NCBI GenBank assembly: GCA_009926405.1
Contig: RFOZ01000001.1
Location: 3,261-67,260, forward strand
DNA from: Cytophagia bacterium
GTDB lineage: Bacteria > Bacteroidota > Bacteroidia > UBA7662
Length of the DNA: 64,000 bases
Reading direction: 5' to 3'
The notes below the pieces were generated by a model, which saw nothing but the letters and a program-made list of their open reading frames with translations, did no database searches and was not told the DNA's origin. This document shows positions 53,884 to 63,700 of this stretch, piece after piece; position 1 is the first letter of the stretch; every line of letters starts with the position of its first letter. The position numbers and the translations under genes are program-made.

Positions 53884-54438
53884 ATGGAAGAAATCCTGCG
53901 TAAAACCGAGAAAACCAGCGAAGTTTCGGATTCTTCACCAATCCGGGAGGTGGTTACCAACGACAAGGAAGGATTCTGGGCCGACCTGATGCAACGGTGT
54001 TTGTTGCTGGAGGCAGGTGGGGGTTTGATTTTTAGTGAAAATAAAATGTTATGGATTCTCAGACACGGCCGGTGGGATTTGCCCAAAGGCAAAGCAGAGC
54101 CTGGCGAATCCATGTTAGAAACGGCCATACGGGAATGCATAGAGGAATGTGGTTTGGTTGGTTTGGCCCCATTGGATCCTAATAACAATTTGGAAACCAA
54201 TCATTTGTACTTGTTCAAAGGCCACGTCGCTTGGAAGCGAAGCCATTGGTTTACCATGACTTGTCCGATGCAACAGAATTTGCAACTTCAACCCCAAACC
54301 GAAGAAGGTATCACCGAAGTCCGATGGATGTTGCCCGAAGAAGTGCGTTCGGTTGCCTTGCCGTGGACCTACCCTTCGGTCCAACGGTTGATCCGCATGC
54401 TTGATCCTCCAAGCCTCAAAGGCTTTGGTCGGATTTGA
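53884..54438 (+). CDS. NUDIX hydrolase
   Basis: Nudix box GKAEPGESMLETAIRECIEECGL (GX5EX7REUXEEXGU). Start placed at the MEEILRK Met to leave a divergent promoter region. The longer ORF would overlap the pyrE start. Confidence 0.65.
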   Translation: MEEILRKTEKTSEVSDSSPIREVVTNDKEGFWADLMQRCLLLEAGGGLIFSENKMLWILRHGRWDLPKGKAEPGESMLETAIRECIEECGLVGLAPLDPNNNLETNHLYLFKGHVAWKRSHWFTMTCPMQQNLQLQPQTEEGITEVRWMLPEEVRSVALPWTYPSVQRLIRMLDPPSLKGFGRI

Positions 54439-54907
54439 GTGCCGAAATACCCCTTGCCACAACCGCGGGTACCAAAGGAGCAGGGTTGCCCCCGTGCAAT
54501 ACAATATCGCGGACCACGGAGGAAGAAACCGCTTGCAATCCGGGGTCACAGACCAAAAAGAACGTTTCCACCCCAAAAAGGTCCCTGTTCAACTGAGCAA
54601 TGCTTTTTTCGTTCTCAAAGTCCAAAGTGTTTCGAAGGCCACGAATCAAAAACGAGGCTCCGATTTCTTGGCAAAAACGGGCTGTTAAATCTTGATAGGT
54701 CAGGACCTGAACGCGGCTGTCACCCGTCAACAATTCTTGCAACCAACCCAGGCGGGTTGCCAGTTCAAAGAGGTATTTTTTTTCGGTATTGTGTCCAACG
54801 CCGACGACTATTCGGTCAAAATGCTGAAGGGAACGCTGAATGAGGTCCAAATGCCCAAGGGTGATGGGATCAAAGGATCCGGGAAACAAGGCGGTACGAG
54901 GGCTCAT
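54416..54907 (-). CDS. coaD: pantetheine-phosphate adenylyltransferase
   Basis: 163 aa with FPGSFDPITLGH nucleotidyltransferase motif. Confidence 0.92.
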   Translation of the reverse strand: MSPRTALFPGSFDPITLGHLDLIQRSLQHFDRIVVGVGHNTEKKYLFELATRLGWLQELLTGDSRVQVLTYQDLTARFCQEIGASFLIRGLRNTLDFENEKSIAQLNRDLFGVETFFLVCDPGLQAVSSSVVRDIVLHGGNPAPLVPAVVARGISALKSDQSL

Positions 54908-54963
54908 GGTTGTGGGGAGGGCTGGATGCCTGATTAAAGAGGCTTGGCGTGCCTTAAAGGTTG

Positions 54964-55527
54964 TTAACGATATTCAAAAATACAAAAACGGGTGAGACCG
55001 TAGGTTAGTACATGTTGAGCCTGGTGGTGGAGACTAAAGCGTTGGTAAGTGATGGCGTGTTCAATCACAAGCAAACCCCCTGAAACCAGCAAACCCCCGT
55101 CCAAAATGCGCTCTACCAATCCCTCTTGCCGTGCATCTCCGTAAGGTGGGTCGGCCATAATTAATCCAAAGGGTTGACCGCCCATGCTTGATAACGAAAG
55201 CGGCCGGTCGTTGGGGGCAAGGAGGTCCGCATCCAGGACGCTCCAACGGGGCTCGTTTAAGCCTGCGCGTCGCTTGTTCAGGTGCCGAAGGGCCTCCGGA
55301 TGCCGATCCACGCTTACCAAACGGGCGGCTCCCCGGTTTAGGCAAGCCAATCCAAGGGTCCCGGTTCCCGCAAACAGGTCCAAAACATCGGTCTGGCTCC
55401 AATCCAAACGCGTACTAAGGTGATTGAGCAGGCCCAATGCGGCCTTGGCAGTCGTGGGTCGGACGACCCAACCTGTTGGCTTGGCGGCTCCTACGGAATG
55501 CCTGCGGCTCCTTTCCCTCATTCGCAT
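54964..55527 (-). CDS. rsmD: 16S rRNA (guanine966-N2)-methyltransferase RsmD
   Basis: VLDLFAGTGTLGLA SAM-binding motif and (A)DPPY catalytic motif. Start at the MRMRE Met. Confidence 0.8.
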   Translation of the reverse strand: MRMRERSRRHSVGAAKPTGWVVRPTTAKAALGLLNHLSTRLDWSQTDVLDLFAGTGTLGLACLNRGAARLVSVDRHPEALRHLNKRRAGLNEPRWSVLDADLLAPNDRPLSLSSMGGQPFGLIMADPPYGDARQEGLVERILDGGLLVSGGLLVIEHAITYQRFSLHHQAQHVLTYGLTRFCIFEYR

Positions 55528-56423
55528 GCTGCCTGCCAAATCCGCAGGCCCTCCTGGAGACATTCAAGCCGTGTCAAGGCCAGGTTCGGGATTCCCTGCC
55601 CTTGGCCTTGAAAATCCAAGGGCAAAATTTGTTCAAAAGCGTCTTCCAGGGCAGCGTTAACCTCGGGATCCTTGGTTAGTGGCCTTGGGCCATGCAAAAT
55701 TTTTGCCCCGTGTTTTTCTTTTTGACGCAACAAGTGAAAAAGCAAATCGTGGGAATGGTTCACCAGGTAACGACCATGGTGCCATAATTTTTGAGGCTCC
55801 ATCACCCATATGGAAACATCCCTAGGGCCCGACAACATCGCAACATGCAATTTTTTGGCATCAGAAGTGGCAATCCTTTGTTGCCAAAAAGCGGTCCAAA
55901 GAACCGAGGCATTGTACAAGGGCCCCAAAGTCGTATCCTGGGTTAAGGCCTGGTGCAAAGGTTGGGGTATGGCAAAAACCTGAACCGCTTGAAAAGCGGG
56001 CCATGCCTGCCAACCGAGACTTTCGCCCCCCAAGGGACCGCAAACCGATTCAAAAAGGGGAAGAAGACCGGGAACCTGTTCGGGCTTTTCGACCAAACCT
56101 CTTCGACCGGTTCCCCAACCCCATTCCGTCACCAAGCTGAGCGGCATCCATGTACTCCGCGGCAGGTCCGCTACCCAAGCCTCCCATTGGGGTTTTTTTT
56201 GCATCAAGGCCTGGAGGAAGGTTCGGGCCTGTTCGGGTTGAGGGGTATCCCGGTCCGCAAGCAAACCAACCGTTTCTTCGGAACGATAGGCGCGTAGGGA
56301 TTCAGGTAGTAGGAGGCCCAGAGGCGGTAAATCCAGAACTTCCCAGGGGGGACCGATGTACAATTCGTTATCCAAGCCCCATAGGCTAGGATTCCGGAGG
56401 GATGGAGGGTGTTCCGCCAACAA
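55518..56423 (-). CDS. conserved hypothetical protein (possibly DUF3822-like, as often linked to rsmD-coaD in Bacteroidota)
   Basis: 301 aa. No motifs recognised by eye. Translationally coupled to rsmD. Confidence 0.4.
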   Translation of the reverse strand: MLAEHPPSLRNPSLWGLDNELYIGPPWEVLDLPPLGLLLPESLRAYRSEETVGLLADRDTPQPEQARTFLQALMQKKPQWEAWVADLPRSTWMPLSLVTEWGWGTGRRGLVEKPEQVPGLLPLFESVCGPLGGESLGWQAWPAFQAVQVFAIPQPLHQALTQDTTLGPLYNASVLWTAFWQQRIATSDAKKLHVAMLSGPRDVSIWVMEPQKLWHHGRYLVNHSHDLLFHLLRQKEKHGAKILHGPRPLTKDPEVNAALEDAFEQILPLDFQGQGQGIPNLALTRLECLQEGLRIWQAACE

Positions 56424-56431
56424 AAAAGGGC

Positions 56432-56968
56432 TTATTCCCAGTTGCCGCTCAAATTGGCGTCGACCATGGAGCCAACCCGCAGGACTTTGCGGGTGTCAAA
56501 CGGAGCCGAGTCTTCCACCTCAAAAACATTGAGCTCCAGGTTGCTTTTTTTGACTTTCCCGGCTCGCAAAATGAACCGAGCGGTATCAGCGTACGGAACA
56601 AAGGGCAAGGAGTCGATAGGGTAATTCTTAAAAAGCGAGTCAGCCACCGAAATCAAGATGGTTTCGTAGCGAATCCCACGACGGATATCGGCCGAATCAT
56701 CGGGGTTGCCGATGACTTTGGTGATTTTCATCTTTCCGGTCTTGGTGTATTGAAGGAGTTTTTCCCACGTATCGGCAAATTCGCCGTTGTTTTCACGGTA
56801 GGTTACCTGTGCGGTTCGGATTTGCTTCAGACGGTCAATAACGGCCGCATAGCGTCGGTCCCGCTCCTTTTCGAAACGCAAAGGTTTGGCCACGGTTTCG
56901 ATGGTTTCGTAGGTGAGCCAAACAATCAGACCCAGAAGAACGAGTTTGAGGATGTTTTGGAGGTTCAT
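56432..56968 (-). CDS. hypothetical protein with N-terminal transmembrane helix
   Basis: 178 aa: N-terminal hydrophobic segment ILKLVLLGLIVWLTY, then a soluble domain. First gene of the 4-gene minus-strand operon. Confidence 0.4.
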   Translation of the reverse strand: MNLQNILKLVLLGLIVWLTYETIETVAKPLRFEKERDRRYAAVIDRLKQIRTAQVTYRENNGEFADTWEKLLQYTKTGKMKITKVIGNPDDSADIRRGIRYETILISVADSLFKNYPIDSLPFVPYADTARFILRAGKVKKSNLELNVFEVEDSAPFDTRKVLRVGSMVDANLSGNWE

Positions 56969-57020
56969 AAGGCGGATTTGCCCTGCAATATTACCAACAA
57001 CACCTCAAATTAGGGTTTGC

Positions 57021-57032
57021 GTTTACGTAAAC
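57021..57032. promoter_or_regulatory. perfect 12-bp palindrome GTTTACGTAAAC in divergent intergenic region upstream of the carH-like gene
   Basis: Read directly. Lies about 33 nt upstream of the regulator's ATG, between divergent operons. Confidence 0.3.
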
Positions 57033-57064
57033 ATTTTGGGCTCCTTGGTGTTGAATTCAAGGAC

Positions 57065-58012
57065 ATGGACCGTTTTTCGATAAAAGATATTGAGGCCTTA
57101 ACTGGCATTCGGGCTGCCACATTGCGAATGTGGGAGTCACGTTACAACCTGATCGAGCCCAAGCGAAGTTCGACCAATATTCGTTATTACGACCAGGATG
57201 ATTTGCGAAAACTGCTGGGGGTCGCCGCATTGATGCGTCAAGGGGCCAAGATTTCCCGCCTGGCCAAAATGCCGGCGGAGGAGTTGCACCAGGCTGTCCT
57301 GCATCAAGAATTGGCCCCGTTGCCATTGGATGAACGGCTGGAAGCGCTTACCCTTGCCATGATTAGCCTGGATGAACCAGCCTTTCAAAGGCTGCTGACC
57401 CGAGCCTTTGACCAATGCGGGGTCGAGGAAGCCATGATGGACCTGATTTTCCCTTTTTTTCGACGGATCGGGATCTTATGGCAAACAGGGTCCATCAATC
57501 CGGCTCACGAACATTTTATTACAAACATCATTCGTCAAAAGTTGATTGTGGCCATTGATCGTTTGGCGGAACAAGCGGGGCCTGTCCCAACGTCCAACCC
57601 AACGTCCAACCCGGCTTACAACGCCCGTCGTTATCTTTTGTACCTGCCCGAAGGCGAGTTTCATGAATTGGGCTTGCTTTTTGCTAGTTATCTCCTCAAG
57701 GCCCGGGGTCAGCAAGTCGCTTACATCGGTGCGAATGTACCCTACCCCGATTTGTTTGTCCTGGATCAGCAATACCGTCCCGATTTCACTCTTTTCTCCA
57801 TGACCTCTTCCCTGGCCCAGGATTCGGTCGCGGATTATTTGGCGCGAATCAAGCAGGATTTTCCTCGTTGCATCCATTTGGTGACGGGTCCGTTGGCGGT
57901 TCTCGCTGAAGGTCAGGTTCGATGGGAAAGCCCCTTGGTTCTTGTCAAAGATTTCAAAGACCTGATTGGACGAGTCGAGGCCTATGCGGCCGGAATGTCG
58001 GTGGCAGTCTAA
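57065..58012 (+). CDS. MerR-family transcriptional regulator with cobalamin-binding domain (CarH/LitR-type photoreceptor-like)
   Basis: N-terminal MerR HTH (IKDIEALTGIRAATLRMWESRY). Helical B12-binding_2 region with a W-x9-EH motif (WQTGSINPAHEH). Rossmann B12-binding domain with E-x-H-x-x-G (EFHELG). Confidence 0.75.
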   Translation: MDRFSIKDIEALTGIRAATLRMWESRYNLIEPKRSSTNIRYYDQDDLRKLLGVAALMRQGAKISRLAKMPAEELHQAVLHQELAPLPLDERLEALTLAMISLDEPAFQRLLTRAFDQCGVEEAMMDLIFPFFRRIGILWQTGSINPAHEHFITNIIRQKLIVAIDRLAEQAGPVPTSNPTSNPAYNARRYLLYLPEGEFHELGLLFASYLLKARGQQVAYIGANVPYPDLFVLDQQYRPDFTLFSMTSSLAQDSVADYLARIKQDFPRCIHLVTGPLAVLAEGQVRWESPLVLVKDFKDLIGRVEAYAAGMSVAV

Positions 58013-58041
58013 TAGAATTCTCCTCTGCTTAATCATCCCTC

Positions 58042-58503
58042 ATGGCCGTTTGGACAGTTTTTTTGGGCGGAATGCTCGGCTTTGGAGGGATGGAATTTTT
58101 GGGCTGGATAGTGCACAAATATTTGATGCATGGCCCCTTATGGTTCATACACCGGACCCATCACCGCCCTTCGGGTCGGGGGTTGGAATGGAACGATGTT
58201 TTTTCGTTGGCTTTTGGAGGTTTGGGTTTGTATTTGTTGCTTGGAGGCCTCGATCCTTTCCGGCCTTTTCAATTGGGGTTGGGTATCGGGGTTTGTTTGT
58301 ATGGGACCTTGTATTTTGTTCTACACGACGCGTGGGTTCATCGTCGATGGGTCTTGCCCAGGCCCTTGAACGGCCCCTATATCCAGGCGATGATCAGGGC
58401 GCACAGGGCTCATCATGCTTCGTTGAATGCCAAACCCTCTGAATCCTACGGGCTTTGGCTGATTCCGCGTAAATTCTGGCCTGGAAGGACGAGCAATCCC
58501 TGA
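58042..58503 (+). CDS. crtZ: beta-carotene 3-hydroxylase (CrtZ; fatty acid hydroxylase superfamily)
   Basis: 153 aa membrane protein with four histidine boxes (HKYLMH, HRTHH, HDAWVH, HRAHH). Size typical of bacterial CrtZ. Confidence 0.8.
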   Translation: MAVWTVFLGGMLGFGGMEFLGWIVHKYLMHGPLWFIHRTHHRPSGRGLEWNDVFSLAFGGLGLYLLLGGLDPFRPFQLGLGIGVCLYGTLYFVLHDAWVHRRWVLPRPLNGPYIQAMIRAHRAHHASLNAKPSESYGLWLIPRKFWPGRTSNP

Positions 58504-58530
58504 GGCTATCTTTGGGTAAAATTCTTACCC

Positions 58531-60732
58531 ATGCATGACTTATTCAAGATATCCCTTGGCCGCATGGCCAGGTTCTCGGTCGTTTTCAGCTCGTTCCAAT
58601 TTCAAGTGAAGTACGGTTTGATGGCTCTCGGTTTAGTTCTTTGGGCCGGAAGGACCCTTGCCCAAGACCAGCCCCTTCGTTACCCCGACACTCGCAGGGT
58701 GGATCAAGTGGATACCTACTTTAATCAGGTTGTCGAAGATCCCTACCGCTGGCTCGAAGACGACCGATCCGAAGAAACAAGTGACTGGGTCCGTCGCCAA
58801 AATGAATTAACCTTTGGGTACCTGAAACAAATTACCTACCGTGATAAAATTCGGAAGCGCCTGGAGTCGCTTTGGAATTACGAAAAATATTCCGCCCCCT
58901 TTCAGGAAGGGGAATACACCTACTTTTACAAGAACAATGGTTTGCAAAATCAATCGGTGTTATACAGAGAATCTGCGGCCCAGCCCGGTGTGGCCGAGGT
59001 TTTTCTGGATCCAAATCTTTTTTCAAAGGACGGAACTTCATCGCTGGCCGGAATTCAGTTTTCGGAGGATGGTTCCTATTGCGCTTTTCAAATCAGCGAA
59101 GGGGGTTCGGATTGGCGTAAAGTGGTGGTCCTGAACACCAAAACACGGAAGCAAATGGGTGATACCTTGGTCGATGTCAAGTTTAGTTCCTTGGCCTGGA
59201 AAGGGCGTGAAGGGTTCTTTTACTCCAGTTACGACAAACCCCTTGATGGCTCGGCTTTGTCGGGCAAAACCCAGTTCCACAAATTGTATTACCATCGTTT
59301 GGATCAGCCCCAAAAAGCGGACCAACTCGTCTTTGGAGGAGAAGCCAATCCTTACCGCTACGTCGGTGCGGTGGTGAGCGAGGATGGTCGCTACCTCTTT
59401 ATTTCAGCCGCCCAAGCCACCTACGGCAACGAATTGTATTTCAAAGATTTGCATGCCAAAAATGCACCTATCCTGCCGATCATTCAAGGTCTGGAGAACG
59501 AAACCGATGTGGTGCATACGGAGGGTGATTCGGTTTATTTGTTGACCAACCTCAAGGCGCCCAATCGCCGTTTGGTATGGGTCAGCCTCAAGGCGCCGGA
59601 ATCCCGCTATTGGCAGGATGTCATTTCAGAAACCCAATCTCCATTGTCTGTTTCGGCGGTTGGAGGCTACTTTTTTGCGAATTATTTGCAAGACGCCGTC
59701 AGCAAAGTTTTTCAATTCAACCTCCAAGGGACCTTGGTTGCGGAGGTTAAACTACCCGGATTGGGAACGGCCTCTGGTTTTGGCGGGAAGCGTAAAGAAA
59801 AAATTTGTTATTATTCCTTCGCGTCCTATACCAGCCCTCCGGTTATCTACCGCTTGGATTTGTCGGATGGTGTATCGACTGTTTACAAGCAGAGCAAGGT
59901 TGATTTTGAACCGGATCAGTACGTAAGTACCCAGGTTTTCTACGAGTCCAAGGACGGCACCAAGGTTCCGATGATCTTGACGCATCGTAGGGATGTGGTG
60001 CCCAACGGGGACAACCCGGTTTTGCTCTACGGATACGGGGGATTTAACATTAGTTTGACGCCTTCATTTTCGGTTTCCAACCTCTTCTTTATGGAGCAGG
60101 GTGGTATCTATGCGGTAGCGAATCTGCGCGGTGGGGGAGAGTACGGGGACCGTTGGCACGATGCGGGCACCAAGATGCAAAAACAAAATGTATTTGATGA
60201 CTTTATATCCGCAGCCGAATGGTTAATTAACAACGGATACACCCAGTCGAGTCGTTTGGCCATTGCCGGGGGCTCTAACGGGGGGCTATTGGTGGGGGCT
60301 TGCATGACCCAACGCCCGGATTTGTTCAAGGTATGTTTTCCCGCGGTGGGGGTTTTGGATATGTTGCGCTATCACACCTTTACAGCTGGTGCCGGTTGGG
60401 CCTATGATTACGGTCGTTCGGACGATTCCGAGGCGATGTTTCAATACCTACGGGGCTATTCTCCGGTCCACAATGTCAAGGCCAAAACGTCCTATCCGGC
60501 GACCATGGTGACCACCGCCGATCACGACGACCGGGTGGTACCGGCGCATTCTTACAAGTTCATCGCTGAACTCCAAAGCAAGCAAAGCGGGCCATCTCCC
60601 GTTTTGATTCGTATTGATGTCAAGGCGGGCCACGGTGCAGGCAAACCTACTTCCATGATTTTGGACGAGGCCGCCGATAAGTGGTCCTTTATGTTCTATA
60701 ACATCGATTTTGAACCGTCTTTCAAGCGATAG
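58531..60732 (+). CDS. prolyl oligopeptidase (S9A family), secreted
   Basis: 733 aa with N-terminal signal-like hydrophobic segment, beta-propeller N-domain, and catalytic GGSNGG Ser plus downstream Asp/His. Confidence 0.9.
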   Translation: MHDLFKISLGRMARFSVVFSSFQFQVKYGLMALGLVLWAGRTLAQDQPLRYPDTRRVDQVDTYFNQVVEDPYRWLEDDRSEETSDWVRRQNELTFGYLKQITYRDKIRKRLESLWNYEKYSAPFQEGEYTYFYKNNGLQNQSVLYRESAAQPGVAEVFLDPNLFSKDGTSSLAGIQFSEDGSYCAFQISEGGSDWRKVVVLNTKTRKQMGDTLVDVKFSSLAWKGREGFFYSSYDKPLDGSALSGKTQFHKLYYHRLDQPQKADQLVFGGEANPYRYVGAVVSEDGRYLFISAAQATYGNELYFKDLHAKNAPILPIIQGLENETDVVHTEGDSVYLLTNLKAPNRRLVWVSLKAPESRYWQDVISETQSPLSVSAVGGYFFANYLQDAVSKVFQFNLQGTLVAEVKLPGLGTASGFGGKRKEKICYYSFASYTSPPVIYRLDLSDGVSTVYKQSKVDFEPDQYVSTQVFYESKDGTKVPMILTHRRDVVPNGDNPVLLYGYGGFNISLTPSFSVSNLFFMEQGGIYAVANLRGGGEYGDRWHDAGTKMQKQNVFDDFISAAEWLINNGYTQSSRLAIAGGSNGGLLVGACMTQRPDLFKVCFPAVGVLDMLRYHTFTAGAGWAYDYGRSDDSEAMFQYLRGYSPVHNVKAKTSYPATMVTTADHDDRVVPAHSYKFIAELQSKQSGPSPVLIRIDVKAGHGAGKPTSMILDEAADKWSFMFYNIDFEPSFKR

Positions 60733-63700
60733 GATCCGTTGATTCCTCCTCGGCGTAAACCAAAGCGCCTGTGCTGGGGTAGCCTGCCTTTTGGAGGATA
60801 TCCAAGTATTGATCCAGTTGATCGCTGTGTTCCTTCCGGGGTCGGCCCGTTTTAAAATCCAAAACCCGGGCGCTTCCGTCTTGGGCCAGGAGAATGAGGT
60901 CCGGTTGGAGGCTACTACCGTCCGTCAACAAGACAGGGTGCTCCCGCAATACGGTGGAACCTTCTTCAAAGAATGGTGTCACTTCAGGTCTTAGGAGGAG
61001 GCTACGAGCCCATTGGCTGACTTTTTGTCGGAGGGCTGGTGCATAGGATTCATCGTTTTCCCAGTCTTGGATGACGGATTCTGATTTTTGTTGGTGGTGA
61101 ATCTTGGCCATGAGGCGATGCAAAAGCACGCCTGCTTCGATGGCTTCGGTCGTGAGATTGGGCCAGTGCATGTTATGCTTCAAGGCGACCGTGGTGTTTG
61201 GCAAGGTCCTAGGCATCGAAGCCAAGTCCTGTTGGGTTGCTATGGATTCTCCTTCCCCTTTTGATCCTTCCGGCATGAGCGCTTTTGAGTCCGGTTGAAG
61301 GCTCCAAGTTTCCGGTTCGCCGGGCCATTCAGGATTTCGTTCGGTCCGCGTCCACAAGGAGGGGTCCGGGTTCTGGCTTTGGGCAAATTGCCCCCAAATC
61401 TTGCCAAGGCTAAACACCGAGTCTTTTTTGCCGCTCCACGCTTCCGTCAGAATTTCCATATGGGTTTTGGCCCGGGTCAAGGCGACATAAAGGATGTTGA
61501 TGTAATCCAGGTCGTTGAGTTGGCCCTCGCTCTCGGCCAATGCCGCAAAGTCTTCCGGAGCGTTTTTGAGGGCAGAGGTTTCCACCAAATGAACCGGAAC
61601 CTCACCGGGTGGTACTTTTTCTTCCATGCCCCATGAATCAGCGGGAACATGTGAAATCCATTGATGAGCAAGAACGGGTTTTTTGTTGCGACGGTCCATT
61701 TCGGCCACCAAGACCACCGGGAACTGCAAACCCTTGGCACTGTGCACGGTCATTAATTGGACGGCCTCTTCGGAGGCGGACCCTTGAATTTTTATTTTGT
61801 GTCCTACCGTAAGCCACCAATCTTCCAGGTCTTGTACGCGGGGTCCCTTGGCGCATTGGTTGACCCATTCGTCCAAGAGTCTTTGAACAAAAGGGCTCGG
61901 TTCATTGGCCAGGTTCATGACCACCGCCAATTCCTGCATTTGGGCCGCAAGTGGCAGCGCAAGCAAGGAGGGAATATCCAAAGCAGGAAATCGATCCAAA
62001 AGGGCCGAATAGGCATTTCGAGAGGGGTCCTGGAGGTAAATTTCCAAATCCAAATCCTGGAGAAGGGCTTCTGAATGAACAGGATCTTGGGGTTGATGGA
62101 GGAAAAACCAGGCGTGGATTATCTGCCGTACCCTGGGGTTGAGTCCTAGCAGCAAGTTATCCGGGGATACGACCGCCTGACCCCGGCGAATAAGGCCTTG
62201 GGCCAAAGCGGATCCAGTACGGTTGGTACGGACCAAAACAGCGATGTCTCTGGCTTTGATCCCCTGTCTTTTGTATTCCTGAATTAAGTTGTAACACACC
62301 TCAACCCGATTGGCTTCCAAGCTTCGTTCGGGTATCGATGGATCAAAAGCCAAAACCCGGGTCCTGCCTTCCCAGGGCGGGTTGGTGATGGGGTTTAGAG
62401 GGTGTTCTTGTTCGACCTCCTGGTAGGTTGAAGACATGAGGCTTTCCCAATTTTGACGACACCATCCAAAAAATACATTGTTGAAATACAAGATATTATT
62501 TTGGGACCGGTAATTGATTTGCAAAGGAATTCCTTGGTATAGTTCGTCCCAGAGTTTGGACGCGGTGGAGTCCCAGCGCTTAGCAGGTAAAGCGGCCAAA
62601 AGCCGGGCATCGCCGTTGCGCCATCGGTAGATAGACTGCTTGACATCCCCGACCACCATCGCGGTGCCGCCCGATGCTAAACCATTATCCATCAGGGGTT
62701 CCAGGCACTGCCATTGCAAGAGACTGGTATCCTGAAACTCATCCACCAACATATTGAGGTAACGATGACCAACGCGATCACAGAGGTATTCCGGATGGGT
62801 TTTCTGGACCAGGTCGGCGAGTTGAAAGTAGAGAAAGTTCAGGGGCATTTTGACCTGGGCTCGGCTGTAGTCCGTAAAGTGTTGATACAAGGTGCCAAGC
62901 AGGGTGGTAGCGTAGCGCATCTCCAAGACAGCCTGCATTAGGGCGATATCCGGGGCAGCTGCTTTTTGTTGACCCAAAAAAATCTGTAGTCGGTCGACCC
63001 AGCTTTGAAATTCAGGCGGATGGGCGCCTTTTTTTAGGACTCTGTTTTGTTCGGTGAGCGCCTTGTCAACTTGGGAATGCAGTTTGTGTCCTTCGTTTTG
63101 TAGGTGCTTTTCTAAATGATAAATCAAGCCTTTGGCTCCATAATGAAGCTGTTCTGCTGAATATCCAGCCAAGGCTAAATCATCCAGCAAGGCACGAGAG
63201 CCCTCCCTTTGTTCGCGATGCTTTTCATCCAAAATATTGGCGAGCTGATCGTAATAGGCAGCGTAATCCGCCGGTTTTATTTTTTGGAGGGTTTCCAGGT
63301 AGGGGTAGGCCCTGTCCTGGAACAAGAACGAAGCATAGCGGACCAAAAGGTTACGGATGTTCCAGTTTTTTTCGTCCCTGTTGAGGTGTTGCGAAAAATT
63401 CAACAACAAGGTCGAAACGTCGTTTTCCTTTTGACCTACCTGGGCCAAAAAGGGTTCGATAGCCTCTTCGATAAGGGCATCTCGATCCAGCTCAATTTCA
63501 AAGTCCTGACCGCTGTGCAATTCCCGATAAAACGGACGAGCCATTTGGCTGATAAAGGAATCAATGGTGCCAATCGCAGCATCGCTGTACCGATGCAGCA
63601 TGGTCCGGTGCAGACGACGCGAACGATCCCGCAAAACCCCTGGTTCCAGTTTCAACGTTTTCAGGAGTTCGGACCGAATACTATCCTCCTTGAAGGCCAA

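Noticed and set aside
53671-53884. Longer NUDIX ORF starting at 53671 or at the ATG at 53782 that shares a CATG with the pyrE start codon
   Set aside because: Would leave no promoter space and would overlap pyrE on the opposite strand. A downstream Met still precedes the Nudix fold by about 50 aa, so the shorter start is preferred. Still uncertain.
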